Assembly (NCBI GenBank): GCA_009602725.1
Contig: WELB01000025.1
Span: 668,929 to 732,884 of the forward strand
Reading direction: 5' to 3'
DNA from: Spirogloea muscicola
Lineage: Eukaryota
Length of the DNA: 63,956 nucleotides
The notes below the pieces were generated by a model that searched no databases, was not told the origin of the DNA, and saw only the letters and a list, made by a program, of their open reading frames with translations. Numbering within the stretch: the first letter of the stretch is position 1; each line of letters opens with the position of its first letter. Below, one piece after another: positions 17,490 through 30,659 of this stretch. The position numbers and the translations under genes are program-made.

Positions 17490-19700
17490 TCACTTGAGAA
17501 GCTTGCCTGTGTAGTTGGCCGTCTGGCCCAGCCAGCTGCTCAGCCTGCTACGCCAACTCTCATGCGGCAGTTGCTGCTGCTTCTTGGCGCTGCTGTCGGC
17601 TGCAGGGGCAGTCGGTTTTGGCACTGAGATTGGCTCAGAGCTTGCCAGCAGCACATGCTCCTCGTTCACGTCGCGGCGCCTAGATGTCCTCAGCTTTGGC
17701 AAACTGAGGGACCCGCATTCCCGCCTTAGGCTCGTGTCGTGCGGGTCCTCGTTGCTTGCTGCAGCTTCGGCTTGGTCTGGCTTGTGCCGGGGGCCATCAG
17801 TGTCACCTTCTTCACCGCTGGTCAAGTGCAGCTTTGCGAGCAAGGCCTGCAGTGGCCCGGGCCAGAAGTCGTGACCAGCAGGAGAGCCGCTAGCAGAGCT
17901 CTCACCTTCGTCGCTATGGCCAGCTTCCTTAGAACGGCTGTCGGCACGGGTCTCGGCGTCCTTGTCAGATCCAGCATCGTCCTCTTTGTTAGCATGACCA
18001 TGGACTGGCAGAGAGTGCACCACGACAGGGCCGACCCGTGCTGCCAGCATGAAGGCCAAAAGCGCCGCCAGCGGTCGCACCGCCCAGTGCATCGCCTCAA
18101 GGTGCTGCCAAGATGCGGGCAGTGCGTCAACGAGAGCGTAATGTAAGAAGGCCTCACTGGGTTGGCAGGCCATATATCACTGAAAACGCATGTGAAGTCC
18201 AAGTACTTTATCTTATGGACACGGGAAACGCATGATAGTAGTAGCCACCAAGTGACACAAGCGCACGAATAACAAGTAGCGTTTGTGACGCTCATCAGGT
18301 GCATACTAGAGGTGTGCGCCGACCTGATACTTGCGCGCCAGTCCACGACAACCCCCAAAAGAGACCCGCTGTACCTGCGCAGGATCCGCCAGCCAACGCA
18401 GGCCGCGTGCCCGGAGGTGGCTGGGAAACTCCACTTTCAGCAGACCGTCACTTGCCACATGGATCACCCTGCAAGTCCACAGAGAGGGTGAGGTCTAACG
18501 TTGACAGGGGCCAGTGGTATCCATTCTCTCGCACTACTATATCCTCAGGCATGGACTTAGAGTGAGAGTGACGATAAGGAACTTCCAGCAGTCAGTCAAG
18601 CGAGAAACTGTATTTGCGTCACGCCTTAGACTGCCGTCCATGGACGCAGATCCATGTCCTCAAGATAGCAGACTGCGAATTAAGGCAGTAAATTTGTAGG
18701 GGGCAAGAGGCCTTACCTTCCAGTAGGCCAGCCTTGACCACTGTGGCGCCGGGAAGGGTACCGAGGCCAGCCAAAGGCTGGGTTCTCAACATCGGCCCTC
18801 ATCCTAACAAAGTCACCAGATACAATATTGTCCAGATGCTCGCCTTTAGGAATAGGCCCTATTGGTGCAGGTTCTGCTGCATCTTTGCTTGATACATCTA
18901 CCTGCAGAAGCAAGTAGCATGCAGGCAGCAACCTTGTCGCCAGTGTGAGTGCATGCACTTACATGCATTGCCTTGTGATTGGGGCCATCGTTCTGCTAGC
19001 TACGTCATGCAGACACCTCTATATGGCTCAGTACTCTTCAAATAGAGAATTCGTCACAACAATTCTTGCACTCTCTGCACAACATGTCCTCATTGACAGT
19101 TATGATCAATGACTGCCCTTGTTGCCTTGGACCAAATGCGAGCTGGGGCGCAAGTACAGGCAGCATACCCAGTCACCGCTGGTCTTGGGCTGCGTGGCCG
19201 CCTGAACTCGCTGTACAGAGCTTGGATTCACTTGGCTCAGGACCGTCAAGTCGGCTGACGAGCGGAGTGCAAGGCTGCCATCCTCCGGCGATATGCTGAT
19301 TATGGTCCATTCTCTGGACCAAGAGTACAGAGCTGTTGCATGGTAGCAAAGCTTGCTTGGGCTTGACTGCGAGCAGGGCTTACTGCTCTTCACCTCACTC
19401 ACATCGTCAATGTACATCTCACAGCTAGAGAATGAAACAGTGTGTGTGACATTGACAACGACACATCAAAGCAAAGTCGTACCACCATTGTTACCTAGTA
19501 ATAACCTCCCTCGAGTGCTTCCATGCTATCAAGGAGAGATGCCACAGGCGCATCAAAACACACGGCTTTCTTACCTGCAGCCAGCGAGCTCCTCCGGCAC
19601 TGCCAGCGCTGGGTTGTCCAGCCTAAAGCTGGGCTTCAGGCGTACGTGCTCACCCGTGTGAAGAGACGACTTCTTTGCAATCAGTCACGCAAAGAGCCCC
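17490..19700 (-). CDS. KOC1/KEG-like HERC2 (SH3-like) repeat protein with C-terminal TM segment; no kinase domain seen
   Basis: GDFVRMRADVENPAFGWP...GR|VIHVASDGLLKVEFP...WLADPAQ (KEG/HERC2-type repeat), followed by QHLEAMHWAVRPLAALLAFMLAARVG, which resembles the KOC1 C-terminal YQHLEDFHWAVRPL + TM. Start codon uncertain. Confidence 0.65.
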
Positions 19701-20293
19701 AAGTATACATCATCAGCCGCAGCTAAGAAAGCGCGACACAGAGCCCTCAAGTAGTCGGACTGCTAGTCAAAGGGAGGACTCATACACATGCACATATCGA
19801 TAGCAACTGTGGCCTTGTGCACGTTCTTCGTGACTCGGCCGAGACATTCTGCGTCCCAGGCTCACCTGTGCGGCACTCTCAAGCATGGTCGCTTCTCCAC
19901 AGCACGTCCCGAGCTGTATTACAGATTGGATCGCAGGCTTTGCCCTGTGCACCTGTGACTGTGTTACACTCAGTCTCAGACCGACGAGCATCATTGGCCA
20001 TGCCTTATGAGACAAAGCTCGACTTTTGTGCGGCTAGTCGATGTCGTAGCCACAGGCAATCTGCAGGCGTGAGACGGCAATGCGCTCATGGCACGGGTCG
20101 GCAGTCGCGGCGAGGCCGCAGCAGCGCGCTTACCGAGCGCCAGCAACAGACGCCGGCGGGTGGGCCGCCGTCGCCGCCGCCGCCGCCGCCGCGCGCAGGC
20201 AGGGCCGGGTGCGCCGGCTCGCGGGCGCGGGTGACAGTCCAGAGGGTGAGGGGGGGGCCCTCTCGAGCAGGAGTTGCAGGCGAGCCCCCCGCC

Positions 20294-20420
<127 letters not shown>

Positions 20421-21996
20421 NTCTTTTCCCCCCCTCTCTCCCTCTCTCATTCTCCTGCATGCTATCGTGTCGCCGGGCATGCACAATGCTGCCACGACCA
20501 TTCGCCTGCCACGTGTCCTTCAAAAGGACGAGGCTCCCGTAGTGGAGCTGCGACAGTGCATGTTCCGGCACGTTCAGCCGCTTGATCGGACGAGCACAAA
20601 TGAAGCCCAGAAACAAATAAAGTGATGGTACCCACCTCACTTGTAGCCTTCGAGGCAAGAGATTTTACGTGTATTTGAAACAATCGAAGGCCACATGGCC
20701 AAGTACAACGGCAAGCACATCTTGAGGCGTGACGACATCAAACGCAAGGGCCTACAGATAGCAGTAGTGTTTCATTAATCCTTAAGTGGTGTACAAGGAG
20801 CTGCCGTACCGAAAAGGTGGGCACAGGAACTAGCGTATCAGAGTAACAGGCGGCCAAGTACGATAGCAACTACATCCATTTGAACCGGGGGGCGTCTTAA
20901 AATGCAAGAGCGGAGGGGGAAGAGGAGATGACGACTATCACAAATAAATCCGTGTTCAGTACTACCGCCAGTGATCCGTCTTTTCATACCACCTATACAC
21001 AAATCTGGCACTTCTCTTGTCAGTACCCGATGGGTTGCACGGAGAGCGACAGCAACAAATCGCTCTACGTAAAATTGCTTAAGTACGATTAAATAATCGA
21101 ATGCAACTTATCGCTTACATTCCTGGAGAAGTGCCCATGCGCTACACAAGATGATTCTACTACCTCAGAATGGATGGTACAGAGCCCTCCAGCATTTCAT
21201 CCTTTTGAAGTAATACCAGCTATTGAAGAGGCTCTGTACAAAAAGGAAGGCAATCGAACATCATCCTCAGATGATGTTCGAAGCGTGCCATCAACAAGAT
21301 TTGCCATCAAGCCATTGCAGTGTTAATTTTGACAATGTCATACTAGGACACATTTTCAAGTTCTGATTGATGTGTGGAGTTGACTACCAGAGAGAAGGCG
21401 CGCGGTGCGCATGAAATTGAAAAGGAGGCCAGTTCTAGCCTTACAAATGTCCTGTTAACTGGGTAATGAGCTGGCTAAGGGGGACACTATCCTTCCAGGA
21501 AAGAAGGATGTGAGGTGGTATACAACTTATTAAAACTTCTTATAACTCACATGTACGAATACAGACTAGTGTAGATAAGATTACTCATATTCCTTCTCTT
21601 TTATCTATTTTCCCATCTGCGGGTTGGTGGGAGAATATCCGAATGCTAAATGCAACCGTACCAACTTGCAGGCTCAACAGAACAGGGCAGTGACGACCTT
21701 GGGCGACTTTGAGCACAATCGCAGAGCCACCATAAGGACCACACCAGATATACAAATGAGCCATGCGTCCTTGTTGCAAGATGTGTTTCAAATGGGTATA
21801 CAAAGCCAACAGCCACAAGTGCCTACACCAGTGTTTGGCTGCTATGACATCCTATGATGGCTGCTACAAGGTGGAAGTGCCCAGTAGCATCGCACAATGT
21901 GGACAAAAAGGTAAGCTAGCAAGTGGGCAGCTTTGTGCGAGGCCTATGCTGGCTCGATCTGTGAGCCAAGCCGTCTCAAGAAAAAGGTTCGGGCGA

Positions 21997-24877
21997 TCAA
22001 GCAGCTGCCGAAGGGTCGAATCGCTCAAGATCAACCCCAAGAGTCCCCTCCAGAAGCATCTGGTCAAAGTGCCACGTGCCTAGACAAAACACGAGAAATC
22101 ATGCACATAAGATCCTCACGCACATAAGTGCCTGATCTGGACCAAGTAGCATGACATATGTGGCACCCGTCTCATACAATGACAACCCACCCATGCGGCC
22201 CTCAAGGTGCGAATATAGAGGTACTTATTGACTTGGTGGCTACTAAGAGCAAGAGACATCCAAATCATTGCCAGCTTGTCCAACTTACCGTGGCCCTGGC
22301 CAACTCGCCGAAGGTTCGCGACATACTCCGAGCTGCGCCTGATCTTCACCACCTGCAAGAATACCCACCAAATAAAGGAGCAATACACTAAGTATACCCA
22401 CGCTTTGAAGGCTGGGCTCCTGAAACTTTCATTCATTATTTACTTTGGCAGCCCAACAAAATAAATAGCCCCCTTGCACAATGGCTGTGCGGAGCTCAGA
22501 CAAATATCTAAATACGACCTGTGAGGTGTGTGTGCGTGTAAGAGGAAGGAACAGGTGCGGTTAAGGAAGTGCCTGTGGGTGCAGGTAATTTTTGACAAGA
22601 AAGTCGCACATTTCTGGGTCAACAACGTCCTCAGCAGCCTGCATACATCAGCACGCAAGTCATGACAAGCCCCGGCGGTTATCAAATTTACACAGCCTCC
22701 TGGATTAGTCAACATCTAATACTGATCATACCCACTCAAAGCTGTGCAAATCCAGCGGACAACTTTCTGTTATCGTCGCATACATTTTTCTGAAGCAAAT
22801 GATTGTCTCACCCTGTGCAGCCTAAGATACTTCTCATTCTGCAACTTCTCCAACCTCAGCGCCAATTCCATGCCTTTCAAAAGCGTTACAAACACTCCCC
22901 AAGTCAGTGTAAAGAACAAGTAGAGTACTCTATTAGTTCATATGGCTCCATCAGTGCCACTCCCTCTGCACTCCAAAGTCTGATACTGCCAATCGAATGA
23001 GTGCAACAAGAAGACCATAGAGCTTCCTTCAGCTGTTGACATATGTATGGTCTCCAGGACCACAATCGTAATACAAAGATAAGAAGCGCAAAGAGCAGCG
23101 CAACATCCTTACCATTAAGAGCATCGCCCTTTTTGGGGTTGTCATACTCGCTGTCCACAGCCTGAATAGCCCTCAGTTCCACTCTTCCTCCTCTTAGATT
23201 CTGAGAACACAAAGGTTCACAAAAGAGTGTGTCACAACATGTTTCAAGCAGCATCAGGCAAGAAGAAGGGGGCACGATTGCATGCAGTCAACAAACTCCA
23301 AAGCTCTCGGCGGCCTTGTGTCATGCAGAAACAGGAAAAGAGGCGCTTGTGAGAAAAGAAGGATAATAAGATTGCACAAGTCTGCCCAGCATGTTGCAGT
23401 CCTTGCAGACTGCAACAAGTCAACAGACCCACCTGGTACCGAAGAAGTCGGTGTGCTTCTTCTCTCTCGTTTTCACTGCGCTCCTTGAAGTACCTGTTAC
23501 AACCTCAAGCAAACAGGCTTCAGACATTAGGTGCAACCAAATCCTGTTACCACTATCATGCTGTTGCTCAATGATACTTGCAGAACTATGACATCATATC
23601 CAGATTGTCATCTTCAACTCACTTCGAGAATCCCTGAAGTCCAACATTGTCTCTGTCGTAGTATGACATCATTGAGTGGAAGATGTAAGACATGTTGTAG
23701 GCAACGCTGGCAGGAGCACAAGAAATAAGAAACATCCTTTCAGGAAATGTAAGACCACAGCAATCACATCTCACCTGTACAAGGCATCAAGCTGCAAACA
23801 GAGGATGTATCCAAAAAGAAAAGCAAACAGCAAGAGCACCTAACAATGCCCAATTTCCATAATGCAATGCTTCACGTTCACAAAGCCCCACTAGTGTGCC
23901 ATGCAACTTTGTCCTCTACATTTTCGTCGGTGGCTGACAAATCTTAGATGAGGTTTAAGGGTTCAAGCTTGAGCTGTACCACTCAGGCCGGCAAGTCAGA
24001 ACCTCAAGGACAAATATTGGGGTACAGACTTCTAAGTTGGACCGACTCCCCAATTCAGAAATAACAGAAATTACACGCCACCTTGTCAAGCCAAGCAAAC
24101 TCACTTGATTGAGTCGTTCACAGCCTTCTCGCAGCTGGGTGCGTAGCGGTATCTGGCCAAAGACTCCTGGTCTTCGTCGGAAAGGAGCGCCGCCGCCAGC
24201 TCATGGTCCTCGTCGAGTGCCTTCCTGGGGGTGAAATACTGGCCATCCTGGAGCACCAGCCCTGTTTCCAAGCCACCAAAGAAGATCCATAACTGCTGCT
24301 TTCAGCTGCATGGCACAGCCAGGACTGTTATGGAATACCATGTCTTTCTCGCGCCTCCTTGAGACATGCCTGCTTCTCCAGAACCTACAGAATCCTACTC
24401 TTGGCGTGCAAATCACCAGCTTCTCTAGCAACTTCCCTGCACCACTCAGGAGGTTCGTGAAGCTCCCCAGGATCCCCTTCGCTGGCTATAAGAACCTAGC
24501 TCCAGACTAACGACTAGAGCGAGCCTGTCCAACAAAAGATCACCTTCTAAAGTACACCTGGAGCCTAACCCTCGAGTTTAGGCCAGCAACCTGGCTTGCG
24601 ACCCATTTCTCAATAGCCTGCCCTCGTCGTTAAGAACCAACGCTGCCTGCCACCTATGAAACACGCGCGAGGACAAGTAGCTCCGAACAGGAACGAGGAT
24701 ACCACCGCCTAAGTGGTCCTGTGCGGGCTTGCCGCCTTTACGACCGCGGCGCCGGGCGCACCTGGCAGCGCGCCGGCGGCGACGGTCTCGATGTCCTTGG
24801 TCTCCTCCTCCGTCGCCGCCGCGCGCGCGGGNGGCGGCGGCGGCGGCGGCGGCGACGGCGGCGGCGGCCATGGTCAT
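21997..24877 (-). CDS. FER: Plant-type ferritin with putative plastid transit peptide; divergent ferroxidase centre
   Basis: Exons give SLARYRYAPSCEKAVNDSIN|VAYNMSYIFHSMMSYYDRDNVGLQGFSK|YFKERSENEREEAHRLLRYQ|NLRGGRVEL...KGDALN|GMELALRLEKLQNEKYLRLHR|...CDFLVKNYLHPQ|VVKIRRSSEYVANLRRVGQGHG|TWHFDQMLL. The 8-exon layout is like plant ferritins. Confidence 0.92.
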
Positions 24878-27587
24878 GGTCACGGTGCTGGAACTGGGGC
24901 TTCGGAGTTAGCCCTGCTGGCGTGCATGGGCGGGGCCCCGCCCGGCCTGGTCACCGCAACCGATTTTCCTCGCAGTAGGAAGCTGTAAGCGGGGAGCCCC
25001 TAAATCAATTCTGTGAGCGAATGCAGGACGCCCCGTCACGCCGCCCCGGGCAGGGCGTGGCCGCCCGCCACGGCGCAGCGCCGGCCAGCGTGGCCGGCTG
25101 CCTGCCTGCCAGCTGGATTTCTGAGCGTACGCCACGTGTCACCTGCCTCTGCGAAAGCTCCACTCGCCGTTTGTCGTTGACGGCAGCGCACAGGCGTCTA
25201 ACGAGAAGCGGGTTGTCTTGCCACGTTGAGTGAAGTCATGTACAACCGTGACCAGCGACATGCTTTATCCGTTGGGGCTGGCACACTACCCTTGGCACAA
25301 ATTGGAGAAGAGCAGGGTTTTAAAGGACCATAACATAGATACGTTGTGGCGACAGGACGACATTGCATGCTAAGCAGCCGCTGGAGGATTATTAATAGCC
25401 CGGGCACAGGCAGCCGCGGTTGTGGTGGAATAAGCCCGAGCCTCCACTGTCATACCTTGCTCAGATTTGACGTACGTACTCCCACGCTCGACACCGAACG
25501 GCCCGCCGTCGTTTCCATTCGACTAGAAGGCAGCAAATGTCTGCCGCAGTAGGTACGCTGAAGACGAGAGGTTGTGCTCTCTCTAAGAGGCAGTAGCTGC
25601 GGGAAGCCACTCCTCAGCAAACAATGGGTGTGAAACGGAGTGGTGGTGCAAGTTCTGCAGACCGTGAGGCCCAGCGATTGAGGTCCAATTGTTGAGAGTA
25701 CAGATAGAAGTAAGTTCATGCTGCGAGACTCACACGTCAGCTGGGGCCAAGCGTCCCGGATGAGCTCCAAAGAGCGCGATGCTTGTGAGAGGGTAGACCA
25801 GATGGGACGGACGGGGAGAACGCAGGCCTGGGAGGAGAGCGAGGAAAAGAAGAAGCTGATTCCCAAGGAGGCAATGGTTACCTTAGAAGCAGCGCTTCAA
25901 AGGTGGCGAGTGCTGTAAGACGGCAGCCCCACAAGAATGGGCTACGAATCGGAACAGCCATCGTAAAACAAGGCGATGGCAGTTATGCCAGCCAAGGGAG
26001 ATGGACAAGGAGTAAGTTTAACGAGCGAGTGAAAATCAAGGCCAGCCCAACCAGATCAGAGAAGGTCAAGGGGGAAGCCCCAGCGAGAACCGGGAGGGCT
26101 TCTGCTCCGGACGGCCGAGTCTTGGCCGGACCACGGGCGGGCGTCGGAGGCAGGGGCGGGCGGGCCCGCCCCCGCCATGGCGCCGGCGGCCACGGCGGGG
26201 GCGGGTCTGCCGGACCAGACGAGGATCCACGCCCACGGCCACTGCTCGAGCACAGGGCCACGGCGGCAGTGGAGAAGAATGGCGTGCCCTGAGAGAAGAG
26301 AGGCTAGCAAAGCCAGCCCAGAGAAGAATAGACAATGTCCGCAGGCCTCAAAGGCCACAAAACGGTGCCCGGAAAACTACATTCCAAGAATGATGCAGAT
26401 GGATGCTCAGTAACCACGAGTGAGCAAACAGCAAATCAGAATAAGTCAAAGCAGGAAAAGCGGCACTCCGCCGAGACCCTGAGGCAGCAGCCTTTGCGCG
26501 ACCAGCGCGCGTGTGGACCGCGTGAGCCAAAGAGCGCTGGAACGAGACCGCCAGCCTCATAGGAAGGGCTTGCCCATTGAGGATAGGGGCTGGAAAAGCC
26601 AGCCATACGAAATACCGGGGGGGGAGAGGTAGAGGGTGGGTTGGTAGGTTGCCCCGGTTCCAGGAAGGGGAGAGGAATGGTGTGTACGCAGTAATTAAGG
26701 AAAGAGCCAAACTGTGAATGGCCAGCCCAGAAAGCGAAAGCGCTTCCAGTCTACAGCTGTGGCTGTGGGAGGCCAGCCCAGAGGAATGTAAGTGGACAAG
26801 GTACAATAAAAGGGGAAATGGACAAGGTACAAAGGGTCGAAAGGCGCCAAAAGCACACAGCTACACAAGAGACGCAGCGAATGGGAGCTCGGTAACCCCG
26901 ATCCAGCAGCCGCAAGTCGGAGTAACTGGCAGCTGGAAAAGAGGCACCCCGACGAGGCCCAGTAGCAACAAAGCGCGACCTGCCCGCAAGTGCACTGCGT
27001 GAGCCTGGGCAAAAATAAAGAAAGAAAGGAGCCAGAGAAGCGCTAAAGCACACAGCGACTCAAGTGGCCACTGAATGCTCAATATCCCCTGTTGAGCAAG
27101 AACTTCAGGGAGAACCCAACGGTCTGACCCTTGGTGACTTTAGCCGAGCCTGCGGCTCCTGCAGACTGCCGATACAGCATTTGGACTAGACTGGCCGTTG
27201 AGATCATGTGGCTTGGACTTCAACGCTGTTGTGCCATGGAACGTCGAGTGCCAGATAACGCCGATAGAACAGATTAGTAAGAAGTTCAGGTGAAACGTTG
27301 GTCTATGTGGCAGGCATCGCACACATTGTAAATAAAGGTAGAATACGAGAAATGTAGGTATCTCTACATTCACAGAAAAATATGACCGGAAAGATAGCCT
27401 ATTTAAGGTATGATACGAGAACCCGAGCTTGTGTTGGGTGATTGCAAAGTAGTAAAAGATTATAGTAAAAGAGAGGATGTCGGGAATAAGACACGGCACT
27501 CAATGCAATGAAGCTCACATCAAGCAATAGTATGTCCTTGATGAGGTCCTAGTTCACTATTTCCAGATGGTTCCTAATGCACTATTC

Positions 27588-27751
27588 AGCGCAACAGTGC
27601 AAGAACCAGTCGACAGTAGCCCAGCGCAACAGCGCAAATTCCAGTTGGCAGTAACCTAGCGCAACAGCGCATAAACCAGTTGGCAGTAACCCAGCGCAAC
27701 AGCGTAAAGACCAGTTGGCAGTAACTCAGCGCAACAGCGCAAGAACCAGTT
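27588..27751. repeat. 35-bp minisatellite, about 4.7 copies
   Basis: Unit agcgcaacagcgcaaaNNccagttggcagtaaccc repeated head-to-tail with no spacers. Confidence 0.9.
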
Positions 27752-28448
27752 ACCGGTCACAAGATCTAGTGATGGGACCTCCTCAATGAGTACGTGACGG
27801 CAAGACGGCAAGACTGTATTCAACAGCCTCGAGCAGATCGAGGCAATGCTCACTATCTGCACCTCAAAGACAAGGTCACCATGTTTCGTGGTTTACCTGT
27901 GTCACTAATTCTGACGCGACTGGCGGCGGAGTCACCCGGGGGAAGGCTTTCTACCAGCGCGGCTGCCCTGCCTGTGAGCCCAAGCCTTCCTGGCGTGACT
28001 CGACAGCCGCGAAAACGCCCGACGGCAATGCGGCGGCGGCGGCGGCGCCGGGGGCAACTCTGGCAAGAGCAAAAGACTGGACCGAGTGGACTGCCTGGGA
28101 GCTTTGGAAGGAAACAGATAGCTGCATGCGGAACACCTGGGCAAGCGAACCGGCGGTGTTGAAGCCGGGCAGCTCACCTTGCTCTCTGCCTGAGGATCGA
28201 TGGTCGCTGGGCTAGCCGCTGCAGATGTAAGCTTTTCCAAAGGGGCGAGGGCTGTGCAAAGCCAGCCCGAAAAGAAGGACATGGTCGAAGGTCCTTGCAG
28301 AAGGTCCAGTCTCCGACTGCCGGTGCAGAAGGTCCAGCCTCTGACTGCCAAACGCCCCGTGCATTTCTATCGCCACCACCACGAACTCATCACCGGCAGA
28401 GTGATTCGCGAATTTGGAAAGGAAGGCGGAGAGGGAGCGAGGTGGGGC

Positions 28449-28812
<364 letters not shown>

Positions 28813-30255
28813 GGACAGAGCCAGAGAATGAGACAGCTCTTCCACTTTAAGGCGATGGCTGTGAGAGGCCAGCCCAGAGGAATGTACTGGTTTGGAAGGG
28901 GCGAGAGCTGTAAACTACTCTCCATGACTCCCGAGTGGACGCTCAGTAATTTCTGGTCAGCAAGTACAGGTCAGAACAACTAAAAGGGCGGAACAACGTC
29001 GCCCTGTCGGAACCCGGAGGCAGCAGCCAAGGCGCAGCCTGCCAGCAAGTGGACGGCAAAATGAGAGAAGGGCTCGCCCATTGAGAATAGGGGCTGGAAA
29101 AGCCAGCCCAGAAAAGCATGAACAAAGGACGAGAAGGGGCCAGGGGAAGTACGAAAACGCCAAGACGGCTAACAGGGTAGATGGCAAGTGGCAAGTCGCT
29201 TCCTGTGCACTGCGCAAGCGACCCGACGGCGAGAAGCCGGGCTGCTCGCTCTGCCGACAGCCCGGGCACACATTGATGGCCAGTGGAAAGATCTGATCCC
29301 TTTCCGGGTGATTCCGCGTGCGTACCTGAAGAAGTGGAGCTCTTGAAAGGGAAGAAGAAGGGCTCGCCCATTGAGGATAGGGGCTGGAAAAAGCCAGCCC
29401 AGAAAAGAATGAACAAAGGACGAGAAGGGGCCAGGGGAAGTACGAAGAACAACAAGCACAGACAAGAAACGAAGCAGCTACGAAGCACTCAGTAACCCCT
29501 GCTAAGCAGCCTCAGGTCAGAGAGACTGGGTTCCTGGAAGCGGGTCCCCTGGCCAGAGCCAGAAAGGGGCACTTCTGCGTGCTTGGCCTCTTGGCCACGA
29601 GTGGCGTTCGCTGCTGCATGCCCAGCCATCGAAGCAGAGATATCCGGGAAGCGACTGTAAAGCCAGCCAGGTACAAGCCAACGAGAGAAAGAGGGGGAGA
29701 CAGAGAAAGGTCGCAAGTTGGTGTGGCAGGGAGAGCCGAGCCGGCGGCGGCTGGCGGCAACCGTGCGGGCTCCCCCCGCGCCCGGCAGCCCCAACAGAGG
29801 GCCGCCCTAAAAAGGGGCCCTCTGTCGGGGGCCCCTTTTTGGGGCGCATCTGCCCGCCCCAGCCCGGCCGGCAAACCTTGTCGCGTAGCCTGCCACGGGC
29901 CCCCCTGGCCAGCGCGGCCGCCCGCCCTGCACCCAGCAGAGCCGCGTCGTCGCCTGGAGGGCCATGTGGCGCCAAGCGGCCAATCGGTCGCCGCCCGGGG
30001 CCGCGCGGGGCCGCCCATTGGCTGCCGGCCCCCGCCCCAGGTGCTCCCAGTTGGGCGGAGAGGGCGACACCAGGGGCGCCAGTCTGCCCCCACTCATGCC
30101 CATCCCGCCGCCGCCGCCGCCGCCGTAGAACCCGCCGCGGAACCCTCCGCCGCCGCCGCCGCCGCCGCCACCGTTGCCGCCCCCGCCGCCGCCGCCGCNN
30201 NNNNNNNNNNNNNNNNNNNNNNNNNNNNNNNNNNNNNNNNNNNNNNNNNNNNNNN

Positions 30256-30380
<125 letters not shown>

Positions 30381-30620
30381 NNNNNNNNNNNNNNNNNNNN
30401 NNNNNNNNNNNNNNNNNNNNNNNNNNNNNNNNNNNNNNNNNNNNNNNNNNNNNNNNNNNNNNNNNNNNNNNNNNNNNNNNNNNNNNNNNNNNNNNNNNNN
30501 NNNNNNNNNNNNNNNNNNNNNNNNNNNNNNNNNNNNNNNNNNNNNNNNNNNNNNNNNNNNNNNNNNNNNNNNNNNNNNNNNNNNNNNNNNNNNNNNNNNN
30601 NNNNNNNNNNNNNNNNNNNN

Positions 30621-30628
30621 GAAGGTCG

Positions 30629-30659
<31 letters not shown>

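Noticed and set aside
24250..24720. Possible degenerate LINE fragment in ferritin intron 1 (AAVMDL..GLG-like)
   Set aside because: Similarity too weak to support by eye.
25450..25918. Minus-strand ORF possibly from the LINE body
   Set aside because: No RT or endonuclease motif identifiable; left unannotated.
27588..27751. 35-bp repeats as a CRISPR array
   Set aside because: Units are contiguous with no unique spacers, there are no cas genes, and the context is eukaryotic.
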